From IMG/VR virus record IMGVR_UViG_3300020213_000031: a stretch of 64,000 nucleotides of DNA. One strand, written 5' to 3'. The DNA is from a virus. The position numbers and the translations under genes are program-made. This document shows positions 10,347 through 20,458 of this stretch, piece by piece. The notes beneath the pieces are model-generated. The model did not search any database, was not told where the DNA came from, and saw only the letters and a program-made list of their open reading frames with translations. The stretch's first letter is position 1. Every line of letters starts with the position of its first letter.

Positions 10347-11063
10347 CTAAATAGGAAATCCAGCTTTCCTGAGTTTCTTTCTTAAATCTTCAGGCGCCTT
10401 AATTTTTTCAACAGCTTTCCAGATGTCTTTTAGAATCATTCGACGCATTTTTGTGTCAGACTTCCAGATTTTCAAATTTGTTCTTACCTGCGCCACATAG
10501 TCGGCAAAAACATCTCCAGAAATATCTTCGATTGGTGTGTGATTTATCCCAGCTACTCGATACCGAAGTTCTGCCAAGAGCTGCTCAAGGTGTGGTTTGT
10601 GTTCGATCATCGTGTTTGGATATTTCTTATCCCAACGGCTCCGACCTCTAGCATATTTTTGTAGAAGTTGAATGACGTGAACAAACTCATGATCGTACAT
10701 ACCGCGAAGCGCGTTAAAATATCTTCGAGCGTCTGGGGCATTCGTCGGCGTGGGGAGCGGTCTTATCGTGAGAGAAATAAATTCTTTATGTAGGTTTGTT
10801 TCTTTGTGGTGGAGGACTTGACCATCGAAACCAGGAGGCAAATCCTCGTAGTCGAAAACGAGTCCAATCTCTCGTGGAAATGTCAACCAAAGCTCTTCCA
10901 TTCTTTTTCTTGGTCCAGGCTTTTCGAATTGCGCTAATTTTCGCACTTTCGCTGGAACGCTGTGAGCAAATAGATCGTAGTAAAAATTAAATCCAACGTC
11001 GTAAATTTTTCTTATGGTTTTGTTCTTGAGAACATTTCTAAGGACTGATGGATTTTTTCTCAT
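10347..11063 (-). CDS. putative Zn-dependent metallopeptidase
   Basis: HExxH motif (DHEFVHVIQ). Confidence 0.5.
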   Translation of the reverse strand: MRKNPSVLRNVLKNKTIRKIYDVGFNFYYDLFAHSVPAKVRKLAQFEKPGPRKRMEELWLTFPREIGLVFDYEDLPPGFDGQVLHHKETNLHKEFISLTIRPLPTPTNAPDARRYFNALRGMYDHEFVHVIQLLQKYARGRSRWDKKYPNTMIEHKPHLEQLLAELRYRVAGINHTPIEDISGDVFADYVAQVRTNLKIWKSDTKMRRMILKDIWKAVEKIKAPEDLRKKLRKAGFPI

Positions 11064-11470
11064 CTTTACCTTTCGCAGCAGCGCTTATAGCTGTAAGCAG
11101 ACCAATAACAGCCACTCCCCAGAACAGGGTTCGTTTGCTAGACGGATTTTTAGCTGACTGAGCTTTCGATTCGCGCCTAGCCCAATCGACGCCAGCCGTA
11201 CCACCCCAAAGCAACCAGGCGATATATCCAGCCGTAGGGCCGCCGTCACGCGCCTTGCGGTAAGGGCTTGAGTGTTGGCGATGTCGATTGAAGGATGACA
11301 TACGCCGAATCGTTGACAGAGAAAGGTTTCGCCCGCCCGCGATATCTCTCGCACGAGCAACGCCGACACTCGTGCCGCCACGACGCCATTCACGGCGAAG
11401 CCGTAGTCCTAGTTTTGCGTTCTGTCTGGCCTTGATTGGGGCTTTCATTTGAATTCCATCTTTACGAAGA

Positions 11471-11764
11471 TTAACGCCGTTTAGCTAAGCGAGCTTCAGC
11501 TTTAATTTCTTTTCTGAACCTTTTTCCGTCAGCGGTGAGAGCGTAATACAACGCCTTGGAGCCAGGGCTTATATAGAGTTGTAGAAATTCATACTCTTCC
11601 AAAAATTGAAGATACTTACGCAGCTTCGTCATGTTCGTGTATCTAATCCCCATAGCGCTGGCTATGTTATATATCTGCGACGAACGCTTCAGCGCGAGGG
11701 AGTTAAGAACGTCGAGCAAAAAGAAAAGATTGATAGGGTAATTGTAAACTAAATGCCTTTTCAT
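11471..11764 (-). CDS. small winged-helix-like putative transcriptional regulator
   Basis: Size and helix pattern only; weak. Confidence 0.3.
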   Translation of the reverse strand: MKRHLVYNYPINLFFLLDVLNSLALKRSSQIYNIASAMGIRYTNMTKLRKYLQFLEEYEFLQLYISPGSKALYYALTADGKRFRKEIKAEARLAKRR

Positions 11765-12186
11765 TCAACATCCATGACCTTCATAAGGTCCACGCTGTCA
11801 CGCAATTCTGGGTGAGCCATTGCAGCTTTACGCATTTTGTTTACGCGAAGGAGCGCAGCGCGACCAGCCTTGACTTCTTCATAGTCGCAAGTTTTCGGGG
11901 AGCGAGCACAGAGTTTGTCGATGTTGGCTTGCATGTCAGCGAACCAGGCACCGTCAACGCAAATCATGCCGATGCGTTTTTCATCCCAGGCAGTCTTGTC
12001 GAGAAGAACGGGAGGACACTTAATAAGGTCGCACAGGGTGCGAACCCCAGTGGCGCCGAAGCGTCCTTTATCTCCCCAGGCGGTGGTATCTTTTACTTTT
12101 ATGGAGTGGGCGCCGCAGGCGGAGAGGATGCTAAGCGTTGACAACACCAGGGCGATTTTTAACCAAATCTTGTAAACGTTTTGCAT
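11761..12186 (-). CDS. lipoprotein, hypothetical
   Basis: Signal peptide + lipobox LSAC. Confidence 0.45.
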   Translation of the reverse strand: MQNVYKIWLKIALVLSTLSILSACGAHSIKVKDTTAWGDKGRFGATGVRTLCDLIKCPPVLLDKTAWDEKRIGMICVDGAWFADMQANIDKLCARSPKTCDYEEVKAGRAALLRVNKMRKAAMAHPELRDSVDLMKVMDVE

Positions 12187-12487
12187 ATTCTTTTTCCTCT
12201 TCAGGCGTGAGCGCAGGACGCGATTGAGCTTCGCGCAGCATTGTAATTTCGGGAGCGTAATGATCTTTGGCGGCTTGTGAGAGCTGATCGATCAGCGCAA
12301 CTTTGATTTCGATAACTCCATGATCGATAAGCCAGCCCACTCCCCAATCGATGACTTTTTTAATGCCATCGCCGAGGAGTGGAATTTTAAGAACGATCCC
12401 AACCAATGGAAACTGGATCGACACCGCAGCGAGCAGCGCCGGAATAATTCCACCAATAAAAATCGTTCTTAAAATTTGGCTAATCAT
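12131..12487 (-). CDS. membrane protein, hypothetical
   Basis: Multiple hydrophobic helices. Confidence 0.4.
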   Translation of the reverse strand: MISQILRTIFIGGIIPALLAAVSIQFPLVGIVLKIPLLGDGIKKVIDWGVGWLIDHGVIEIKVALIDQLSQAAKDHYAPEITMLREAQSRPALTPEEEKEYAKRLQDLVKNRPGVVNA

Positions 12488-13030
12488 TTAAGCAGCAGGA
12501 GTTGCAGGCGTGGATGGGGTTTTGATATCGCGAAAAGCGGTATACACAATCATGGCTCCGCCCGAGGTGAATAGACCACTGATGATCGCTTCAACAATGC
12601 TGCCACCTTTCGACCAGGCTTCGGCCACATATCCACCACAGGTAACGATAGCGATGACAGCTCTGAGATAATTTCCAGAAATCTTTTCCAAGATTCCGTA
12701 AATTTCCTTGGAGCGAAGAATTTGGAATACTGGAACGAGAACCATGGACGTACTTGCTTTTGTCTGAATCGCAGCCCAAAGCGCCATGATTGCAGGAACC
12801 AAAGCAACGTCGGCTCCGTCCGCAGCTAGAGCGTAGAGGGGGAAGAGAGACATAAGGAGAACAGGCACGAGGTAACGAGCCGCAGGGAGACTGAGCTTTT
12901 TGGTAAACATTAGGGAGTCCTTTCCAATTGATGGTTTCTGACTTTCCAATTTTACACGCAATCTCTTTATTATGCCAACCCTAGAGGCTCCACACGCTCT
13001 GGAACGGGGGCGGCGGGCCGTTTCATCCAT
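12488..13030 (-). CDS. polytopic membrane protein, hypothetical
   Basis: 4-5 hydrophobic helices. Confidence 0.45.
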   Translation of the reverse strand: MDETARRPRSRACGASRVGIIKRLRVKLESQKPSIGKDSLMFTKKLSLPAARYLVPVLLMSLFPLYALAADGADVALVPAIMALWAAIQTKASTSMVLVPVFQILRSKEIYGILEKISGNYLRAVIAIVTCGGYVAEAWSKGGSIVEAIISGLFTSGGAMIVYTAFRDIKTPSTPATPAA

Positions 13031-13273
13031 ATCTTCTCAACGAGGGCGATTTTTGGCTGGCCGGTCACTAAATCCTTACCGCCGAACTCCTGGTAGGACG
13101 TGACTGAGAAAGGCTCGTAGCCGGAATCAAGCAAATCTTGGCATTCTTTGGCGCCTTCAGCGCCGCCTTGGCGAAGAACGGCGCAGGCGAAATCCCAGCC
13201 TTTGATCATGACGGGTTGTTTTGGGAACTGGATTACATTGTCCATTTTTTACCTTTCACAAATGGTGTACACT

Positions 13274-13630
13274 ATGAAAATGAATAGCATACGAGTAGAA
13301 CTTTGCAAGCAAGCAGACGACGAGCATCGAGCATCAATCAGGCAGTATGCACACACCTATCACCACGACAATGTGATTTGCTTTGCTCGCGCAGCAACCA
13401 ATCTCACCGACAATCAATTTTGGGCGATCATGGCTCATGAAATTGGACATTTGATTGCTGGATATGAAGGCTCGGAAAGCGACGCCAATAGGGCCGCGAA
13501 TCAGTTCTTTGGAATAAAGATCCGCTATCGCGACAGCAAGAACGGCGAGCGGCTCGAGACCATAACCGACAAAGAGGCAAGGAAAGTTAGTCGGATACTT
13601 AGCAAGATGGATTTTGTAAAAAGGCTATAA
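13274..13630 (+). CDS. ImmA/IrrE-family metallopeptidase domain protein
   Basis: HExxH motif MAHEIGHLIAGYEGSE; start taken at internal Met MKMNSIRV to avoid overlap. Confidence 0.5.
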   Translation: MKMNSIRVELCKQADDEHRASIRQYAHTYHHDNVICFARAATNLTDNQFWAIMAHEIGHLIAGYEGSESDANRAANQFFGIKIRYRDSKNGERLETITDKEARKVSRILSKMDFVKRL

Positions 13631-14069
13631 GCCGATCCATCGCGTGTTTTGGTTTCCCTTTCATGAGGGGAATCTCTGGAGTGGGCGGAACATACTCAAC
13701 GTAAGGAGTTGGTCTCAGGATGAGGCCGTATTCGATCCACAGAATTTCGCGGCGAACTTGTTTGGCGGCTTTTTGAACTTTACGTTCTAACCCCTTTGCC
13801 CACAGCATCATCGTTCCCGCTTGTGGAGAAGACCTCGGCGATCGTTTTCTGGTGCTCTTTAATTTTGCCACGCTCTTCCTCCAGTAAATCGGCCACAGCC
13901 CTCAAGGCGCGATGGTGCTCATGAGTACCGTCGCTCGCTCGCGAATGGTCTCGAAGGAACTCGATCATACTATCGAGGGAAATGTAGACTTGCCCATTTT
14001 GACCAGGCTTCGCAAAGAATTTTAGATCAACGCTCATGGGAATGGAGATTACACCATTCTCCGGATGAG

Positions 14070-14741
14070 TCAAATGTTTTTGATTCTGATGAGGGTGGCC
14101 GTGGCGTAAGCCCACTGGCGAGGACCAAAATCTTTTTCTTTCATTTTGAATTTGCGCTGAGTCGATCGAACGGCTCGGCGTTTTTTCATCTCATCGGCTT
14201 TGGTTTTAACGTAGCGGTCGATACCAAGCCCTGGCTTCTTTGGGTTCTTTTTTCGCTTCTTGGGATTGGCGGCCACGAAATCATTCATTACGATTTCTTT
14301 AGTGTCGGCGCCGCTCGGCAAGAGGATGTCATCAGTATAATCATCGGTGGCATCATCGGTCGCAGCGGAAGTGGCCGGATAAACTTTCAGCGAAATTCTA
14401 TCGTCATCAGCTTTTCCATAAAGCCTGTGAAGGTATTTAATTTCGTCAGCGCTGAATTTTCGGTAGGGTTTCTTGAACCTGTATTCAGCGATCCTTACAG
14501 CGTCGTCAAAGAGGAAATCTTTATTGGCTGGATTGCCCTCTTCTTCAATGCCGAACATTTCGTCCCAGCATTTCGGGCAAGTTTGGGAAATGAACATTTC
14601 CCGCAATTCCGGCGACAGTTTAGGAAATGCGTCTTGAACGTGCTTTCCGCTTTCCCATTCTTTCAGTCCTTTTTCGGGAACAGATACAGCAATGGGTTTT
14701 TTGCAATAGTGGCAGGGAATTTTAAGTTTCAAGATTTTCAT
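14070..14741 (-). CDS. zinc-ribbon protein with basic C-terminal tail, hypothetical
   Basis: CHYCKK...CPKCWDE plus K/R-rich C-terminus. Confidence 0.4.
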   Translation of the reverse strand: MKILKLKIPCHYCKKPIAVSVPEKGLKEWESGKHVQDAFPKLSPELREMFISQTCPKCWDEMFGIEEEGNPANKDFLFDDAVRIAEYRFKKPYRKFSADEIKYLHRLYGKADDDRISLKVYPATSAATDDATDDYTDDILLPSGADTKEIVMNDFVAANPKKRKKNPKKPGLGIDRYVKTKADEMKKRRAVRSTQRKFKMKEKDFGPRQWAYATATLIRIKNI

Positions 14742-14975
14742 CAGTTTAACCGATCCTTGTCCTTCACATCTTGGGCTTCTCTGCTTATGATGTGTTCAGC
14801 TAGAAGATCATTTTGTTTCTCTTCCAGGTAATTCGCTACCGCTTTCACGGCTGCGTTATAAATTTCGTCGTCATCCTTCAGAGTCCTCGTTGACCGCAGG
14901 AGCGTTATCAAGCTCTGAAGCTCAATATACAGCTTTTCGTCATCAGGGAAAACAAGGATAGTAAGTTCCGACACA

Positions 14976-15203
14976 CTACCTCCGTCGAACAAACCTCTCA
15001 ACGATGAATGCGGCGAATACACTGCCGGTTACCATGACAGCGATCTGCGCCCAAGGCGTTCTGATCGTGCTGGTTTTAGTCTCCAAGACTTCTACTCGTT
15101 TGGCGAGTTCTTTGTGCTCGTGAGGGCAGACGGGACAATTTGCAGGATCTTCACCAAATCCGCGATTGGCGTGCTCCATCATGTGGTGGGATTTGATATC
15201 CAT
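14976..15203 (-). CDS. small protein with C-terminal TM helix (lysis-accessory candidate)
   Basis: CxxC + C-terminal hydrophobic helix; adjacent to M15 peptidase. Confidence 0.3.
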   Translation of the reverse strand: MDIKSHHMMEHANRGFGEDPANCPVCPHEHKELAKRVEVLETKTSTIRTPWAQIAVMVTGSVFAAFIVERFVRRR

Positions 15204-15460
15204 TACTTACCTCGCTCAAGCGACTGAATGCGACCTTCGTGACTGTAAATTACTTTCGTTTGCTCGTCTTGCTTACTTTTGATCGACTCATTGTCTTTCG
15301 AAGTGACGGCGATTCGCTCAACAACGGAACCCATTTGAATGTTTAGCTGGGAAATATTCTTGTTCAAGTCTTGCAGCGTGTAGCCGATATAACTCGAGAT
15401 CACCGTCAGGGCGCCAAAGAATATAATTGGAACAACTTTTTCCCAAGCTAAAGATTTCAT
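15203..15460 (-). CDS. small N-terminal TM protein (holin/spanin-like candidate)
   Basis: N-terminal TM helix + coiled coil; immediately downstream of M15 peptidase. Confidence 0.35.
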   Translation of the reverse strand: MKSLAWEKVVPIIFFGALTVISSYIGYTLQDLNKNISQLNIQMGSVVERIAVTSKDNESIKSKQDEQTKVIYSHEGRIQSLERGK

Positions 15461-16077
15461 GCGGCTTTCCTTTTTGTCACAGCGATGAACGCAATCCCAC
15501 CAAGAACTGCGGCTGTCAATACGATCGGAATTATGGGGAGATCGAAAGAAGCTGAAGGCATGGAGGGGAAATCGTAGCCGCTTGAATCGTTTGAGGGAGA
15601 GGAGCCGATTTTTGCCCGAATTTCTGCTGGCGTGTACGAGTAGTACGATCCGCCGTCTTTATATTTGAGAGCGCCAGCCATTTGCTGACCAAGAGAGTTG
15701 ACGTAGGGGGAGGAGATATGGACGACGCCAATATCTGTTTCGTTGATGATTTCTCCACACGAGTAGCGAAGGCTTGAGGCGGCCAACTTCCAAAAGAAAG
15801 CTTCTGGACTCATCGTGAGTGGTCTCACATCGATGGCTTTCCCCTGCATGTGGAGAGAGGTGCCGGAGCTGTCGGAAAGGGCGGAATTTAACGCAGGTGA
15901 GCGGTATCCGGAGGTGATGTCGAACGGACCAATCGCCTCATATATAAGGTCGCCAATTACGGCCATGGTTTGAAGATTTGCTTGAGAGTTTTGGTCGGGA
16001 GTGTTGCTGATACCCATGGAAGCCGCCGTTTGGCTGGCGGTCAACTGCTCAAGTGTGAAGTATTTCGACAACTGCAT
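15457..16077 (-). CDS. peptidase M15 family (D-Ala-D-Ala carboxypeptidase/L-Ala-D-Glu peptidase-like) cell-wall hydrolase with C-terminal TM anchor
   Basis: SGYRSPALN...SLHMQGKAIDV zinc-binding signature; C-terminal hydrophobic helix. Confidence 0.65.
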   Translation of the reverse strand: MQLSKYFTLEQLTASQTAASMGISNTPDQNSQANLQTMAVIGDLIYEAIGPFDITSGYRSPALNSALSDSSGTSLHMQGKAIDVRPLTMSPEAFFWKLAASSLRYSCGEIINETDIGVVHISSPYVNSLGQQMAGALKYKDGGSYYSYTPAEIRAKIGSSPSNDSSGYDFPSMPSASFDLPIIPIVLTAAVLGGIAFIAVTKRKAA

Positions 16078-16117
16078 CAGTATATCTTAAAGGAAACGGT
16101 TCCTTATGGCGAGTCGA

Positions 16118-16146
16118 CGCTTGACATTCCGGGCTATGGTGATTAA
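16118..16146 (+). promoter_or_regulatory. sigma70-like promoter (TTGACA-17-TAAATA) upstream of XRE gene
   Basis: Sequence match in divergent intergenic region. Confidence 0.35.
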
Positions 16147-16200
16147 ATACCGCTATAACCCTGAATCAATTCATCGGGTAAGCAAAATTTAAGGAAAAAA

Positions 16201-16509
16201 ATGGAACATTGGAACCAAAAAGTGGCCGCAAATCGCGGGAAATCGTGGAGAAATGCGCTCCTTTCTGGACGGCTTGAGGCCGCTCGAAACCCGAGCGCCA
16301 TTCGCCTTGCCAGGATCAAGAAATCGCTCTCACAAGCTGAGGTGGCTAAATCAATCAGCCTCACCTACGCGACGTATGGTGCCATCGAATCTGGGCGCAG
16401 GCCCGTGAAGGAAGATCGAGCCAAAAAGATTTCTGATATTTTGGGCTTGAATTTCAAACGAGCTTTCACCATTATGGGTGAAGGAAAATATGTTGCTCGA
16501 AAGGAATAA
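16201..16509 (+). CDS. XRE-family helix-turn-helix transcriptional regulator
   Basis: LSQAEVAKSISLTYATYGAIESGRRPV HTH pattern. Confidence 0.6.
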   Translation: MEHWNQKVAANRGKSWRNALLSGRLEAARNPSAIRLARIKKSLSQAEVAKSISLTYATYGAIESGRRPVKEDRAKKISDILGLNFKRAFTIMGEGKYVARKE

Positions 16510-16987
16510 CGTGGACGCTCAAGAAATGATGATGACGACTGAGGACAGGTTTGAACTCAATTGCAAAATCGTCAAAAAGAAAATGAGTTACCTCGATCAC
16601 CAATCTCGCGGGAAAAAAGGCAACGAGACAGCAGATGTAATTCTGCTCATTCCTGAAATTACCACCGAGTCGTCTTGCTTTTATACGGCATGGCTTCCCG
16701 ATGAAGCCGACGTTCGAGTGACCGAGTGGGGCGACAAGTTGATCGCGCACTCCGAAATTGGAATGCGTGCCGGATACCCGATCGGTGGATTGATTCGTGG
16801 AGCGCTTTATCGCGCCAACTCCCTCTACCCTTCCCCACACATTTTCATCATGAGTAAAAAAGCCGAAGACCTTTTGCAAAATCATGTTGGAAAGAAAATT
16901 CGTATTACGGTTTTAGGCGAACAGGAATTCGATGAAGCCTACGAGGCCAAGGCGGAAACCAAATCACCCTATTCGGAAATGAGCTAA
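16478..16987 (+). CDS. hypothetical protein
   Basis: ORF only. Confidence 0.4.
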   Translation: MKENMLLERNNVDAQEMMMTTEDRFELNCKIVKKKMSYLDHQSRGKKGNETADVILLIPEITTESSCFYTAWLPDEADVRVTEWGDKLIAHSEIGMRAGYPIGGLIRGALYRANSLYPSPHIFIMSKKAEDLLQNHVGKKIRITVLGEQEFDEAYEAKAETKSPYSEMS

Positions 16988-17065
16988 AATAAGCTTGACA
17001 GTTGTTTTCGGATGTCCCCATACTGCTACTACTCGCGTTGCCTCACCTCAGCGCTCACTCCGGAA

Positions 17066-17103
17066 GGGGTCACATTCTCGCCGATGTGGCCCCTTCTTTT
17101 TTT
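17066..17103 (+). terminator. rho-independent terminator (10-bp GC stem + T-run)
   Basis: GGGGTCACAT-tctcgccg-ATGTGGCCCC followed by TTCTTTTTTT. Confidence 0.55.
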
Positions 17104-17150
17104 GGTCGCCTGATCGCTGCGGGGCGGCGGTCGATTTCTTAAAAATCTTT

Positions 17151-17179
17151 TTGACAACCCTTTTTGACTTCGCTATACC
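17151..17179 (+). promoter_or_regulatory. sigma70-like promoter TTGACA-17-TATACC
   Basis: Consensus -35 with 17-nt spacer, about 85 nt upstream of ATG 17263. Confidence 0.4.
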
Positions 17180-17262
17180 CTATGGTGATTGATGAATACG
17201 AATTGGCGTGGCCGAGACGTGTTTCTCAAACCAACAGAAAAATAGTCACTATAGGAGTGAAA

Positions 17263-17757
17263 ATGAGTAACAAAACCGCCCCCGCAAGTAATGCAGCCGC
17301 ACCCGATCGTAAGCCTTACGATCTGATGAAGAACGCCAAGGCTGCCGGGAAAGCAAAACTGGTAGAAGCAACCCCTCTCAATGGATACAACGGCGATATC
17401 ATCTCGCTGACGGATGCCATGAAGGTTGGCGATTCGATCGAGTTCACGCTCGCAGCGATCGAAACTCGCGGCACTGACGACGACGGTAAAGACCGCGTTG
17501 TTTATGTCGGCAAAGACGCAAACGGTGAAGAGTTTGGAATTTGGGGCCGTGGTGGTCTCAATCTGATGAACCGTGTTCCTCACGGCGCATTCGTTCGTGT
17601 GACCTACTCTGCGTTCGACAAGACCGCAAAGCGTCCTACCCCTCAGCACCAGTTCAAGATCGAACTCGAAGAAGGTGTTCGCCTCCTTCCCGTAGATCAA
17701 GGTTTCATTCCTCCGAGCAAGCGTCATGGCGCTGCCGGGGCTGAAGCTCGCAACTAA
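17263..17757 (+). CDS. hypothetical protein (stand-alone promoter/terminator; possible DNA-binding/SSB candidate)
   Basis: GGAG RBS; own promoter and upstream terminator; function speculative. Confidence 0.4.
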   Translation: MSNKTAPASNAAAPDRKPYDLMKNAKAAGKAKLVEATPLNGYNGDIISLTDAMKVGDSIEFTLAAIETRGTDDDGKDRVVYVGKDANGEEFGIWGRGGLNLMNRVPHGAFVRVTYSAFDKTAKRPTPQHQFKIELEEGVRLLPVDQGFIPPSKRHGAAGAEARN

Positions 17758-18155
17758 ACAAGATTTCTTCTTGTGGGCCGGGGAGAAATTCTCGGCCCTT
17801 TTTCAACAACAATGATGGTGATTGAATGACTGATAGAGATCGCGAATTGCAAAAGGCATATTTTGATTGGGCTAACACTCCGATAGAGCGTTACCGAAAT
17901 CGTCTCGAGACTTGGGAGAAGTACGTCGAAATTCGCGATGGTAAACCCCCGAGACCCACCGAATTGAAAAAAAGAATCTCCCACAGAGACCTCGGTGTGA
18001 GCGAGACAGAGTTTCGTGAAGTGTCTGTAGAGGGCAGCCAGATTCCAGGCATGAGACAGCGGAGATTCGTTCAATGAGCGGATTGATTATTTCCGTAGCA
18101 GTTTTGGTTTTCATTTACGCAGTTTTGAGACTTTTTATAACCGGAGGACAATAAG

Positions 18156-18953
18156 GTGAAATTTTTTAAATTGTTTTTGTTTTTAGGACTTGTTCCGTTT
18201 CTAACCGCTTGTGGCGTTGAGCAGATCGACGAAGGCTATCGCGGCGTCTATCAGCGCTGGGGAGCTGTAGAGGGCGATCCTCTTTTGCCTGGGATATATT
18301 TCTACAACCCAATCTCTGGCAACATTATGGAACTCCCCGTCCTTGAGCAAAAACTCAACGGCACGACGGAAAGCTTCACGGTGGACAACCAGAAAGCCCA
18401 CGTCACATACGTCTTGACGTTTCGCCCTCGCCCGGAAGTTCTTGGGAAGCTGTACGCCTCTGCCGGTAAAGGCTGGGCCGATCAACTCATTCCTCAAGTT
18501 GTCCTCGGGGCGATGAAAGACTCCATCGGACAGATTGAAGCCAATGACTTGGTTCGTAAACGTGAACAAGTCACGATGAACGCGCAAAAGAAAATCGGTG
18601 AAGCCCTGGAGCCTCGTGGCGTGTTGGTTACTCGATTGGATTTCGTCAATCTGAACTTTGAGCCTGAATACGAGAAAGCCGTAGAGGCAAAAGTTACGGC
18701 GATCCAAAACGCGAATGCTGAAAAGAATCGCACCGTTCAAATCAGGGAACAAGCAGCCCAAACGGTATTGACCGCAGAGGCCGCAGCTCGCGCCATGCAA
18801 ATCCAGACGGCTGCCCTTCAGCAGTCTGCGTCCCTGGTCGAGTATGAGCGCGTGAAGAAGTGGGATGGCAAGTTGCCCGATATGTTGATCATGGGCGGTG
18901 GTTCAGCCACGCCGATTATCGACATGAGCGGAGCTTTGGGTCGTAAGAAGTAA
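18156..18953 (+). CDS. SPFH/band-7 (prohibitin/HflC-like) domain lipoprotein
   Basis: Lipobox LTAC; SPFH-like core with long C-terminal coiled coil (AEAAARAMQIQTAALQQSA). Confidence 0.65.
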   Translation: MKFFKLFLFLGLVPFLTACGVEQIDEGYRGVYQRWGAVEGDPLLPGIYFYNPISGNIMELPVLEQKLNGTTESFTVDNQKAHVTYVLTFRPRPEVLGKLYASAGKGWADQLIPQVVLGAMKDSIGQIEANDLVRKREQVTMNAQKKIGEALEPRGVLVTRLDFVNLNFEPEYEKAVEAKVTAIQNANAEKNRTVQIREQAAQTVLTAEAAARAMQIQTAALQQSASLVEYERVKKWDGKLPDMLIMGGGSATPIIDMSGALGRKK

Positions 18954-19723
18954 TTTAACCGATCGGGGCGGCGGACCTTGACCCGCTGCCTCGGTCTACT
19001 TTTGAGGTATTTATGGCGAACTGGAAATTTCTTTTGATTGCGTGGGTTCTCGCTACAGCTACAGGCTTTTGTATTGGCAGTGTCTTTGAAAACTGGCGCT
19101 TGATGCGTAGAGGCCCGATCCCCGTTTCGCAAACAGCCCTGTTTGAAATCAACATGGCTTGCTCTGGCAATTACCGCGACTTGGTTGTGAACCGCCGATA
19201 CGTTTACGCCAATTGCGTTGGCGGCAAGCCCGCGACGGTTCAAAACTACGAAATGAAGTAGGCCGTGGACAAGGGAACACCAAAGACTCTTTCAGGCGCG
19301 ATCGGGAATGGGCTGGAACATTACACAGCCGTTCCCGAAGAGCGCTTTGGTCAAGAGGTGGAAGCTATCCGCCGCCATGTGAAAGACTTTCTCGCGCAAA
19401 AGTTTCAAGCGGCGAAATGTCTCGCACACAGAGGAAAATTTAACACCGAGGCCGACGTGCAGCTTCTCTTCGATGCCTGCACGAGCGTTAATCCGCCTCC
19501 AGTTTATAAGGAATAAAATGTTAGCCAAAACTGATCGCGAAATTCGACTTGAGGAAAAGCTTTCAAAGTCTCTGGAGATTATCGATTGCTTTGCAATGAT
19601 CACCCAAAAATCTTTGGGGATCATGGAACTCAAATATGCCCGCTCGTTGAAGCCTGAAATCGATAAAACGGTTTCCGCTGTGGAAGTGTTCACCATCGAA
19701 AGTAAAAAGATCCTGGGGGAAAC

Positions 19724-20458
19724 GTGAACTTTATTGCAGATGTAGCGGGGAGATACGAGCCGGTTAAGAAGCTTCTGGCAGCGATGCCTCAAGAACGTAC
19801 CTTGTTCCTTGGCGACCTTATCGATCGCGGGCCTCAGTCTCGAGAGGTTGTGGAATTGGTTCGTTCAAAGTACGAGTGCCTGCTCGGCAACCACGAGCAC
19901 CTGTTTATTTCCTTCGTCCGCAATGATGGGAAATATGGAAACACCTGGATGATGAATGGTGGCGGCGCCACGATGGATTCCTACTGCAACAGCAGCAAAG
20001 TCGATGCAATCGTAGCCGGGGTCATGAACGAGCACACCGATTGGATGGACAAGCTGCCACTCTTCGTCGAGACGGATCACGTTTTCGCGAGCCATGCCCC
20101 GTGGTCGGCTCACGAAGATTTTGAGCATGTACAGAAAATTTGGCTTCCTCCGATGGCGCTCTACCCTCACGAGAGATGCAATCCATCGTCCTTGATTTGG
20201 AATCGTCGCGATCCATGCCTACGAAGGTTCAAAGACGCTGACGGGTTGAGCGCCGCACCGTTTGACAAGGTGAAGCTTCAGGTATTCGGGCACAACAGCG
20301 AGCTTAAGCCTCAGCATTTTAATGAAGAGGACGACGATGGAGTTACCATACCGTTTGCGATGGGGATCGATTGTTCGAGAGCGAAAGTTGTGACAGGACT
20401 TCACGTTGACGACGAATTCGGATTGCACAAAGTTACCATTTACCAAGAATCTTACTAG
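19724..20458 (+). CDS. PPP-family Ser/Thr protein phosphatase (calcineurin-like metallophosphoesterase)
   Basis: GDLIDRG and GNHE motifs. Confidence 0.75.
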   Translation: MNFIADVAGRYEPVKKLLAAMPQERTLFLGDLIDRGPQSREVVELVRSKYECLLGNHEHLFISFVRNDGKYGNTWMMNGGGATMDSYCNSSKVDAIVAGVMNEHTDWMDKLPLFVETDHVFASHAPWSAHEDFEHVQKIWLPPMALYPHERCNPSSLIWNRRDPCLRRFKDADGLSAAPFDKVKLQVFGHNSELKPQHFNEEDDDGVTIPFAMGIDCSRAKVVTGLHVDDEFGLHKVTIYQESY

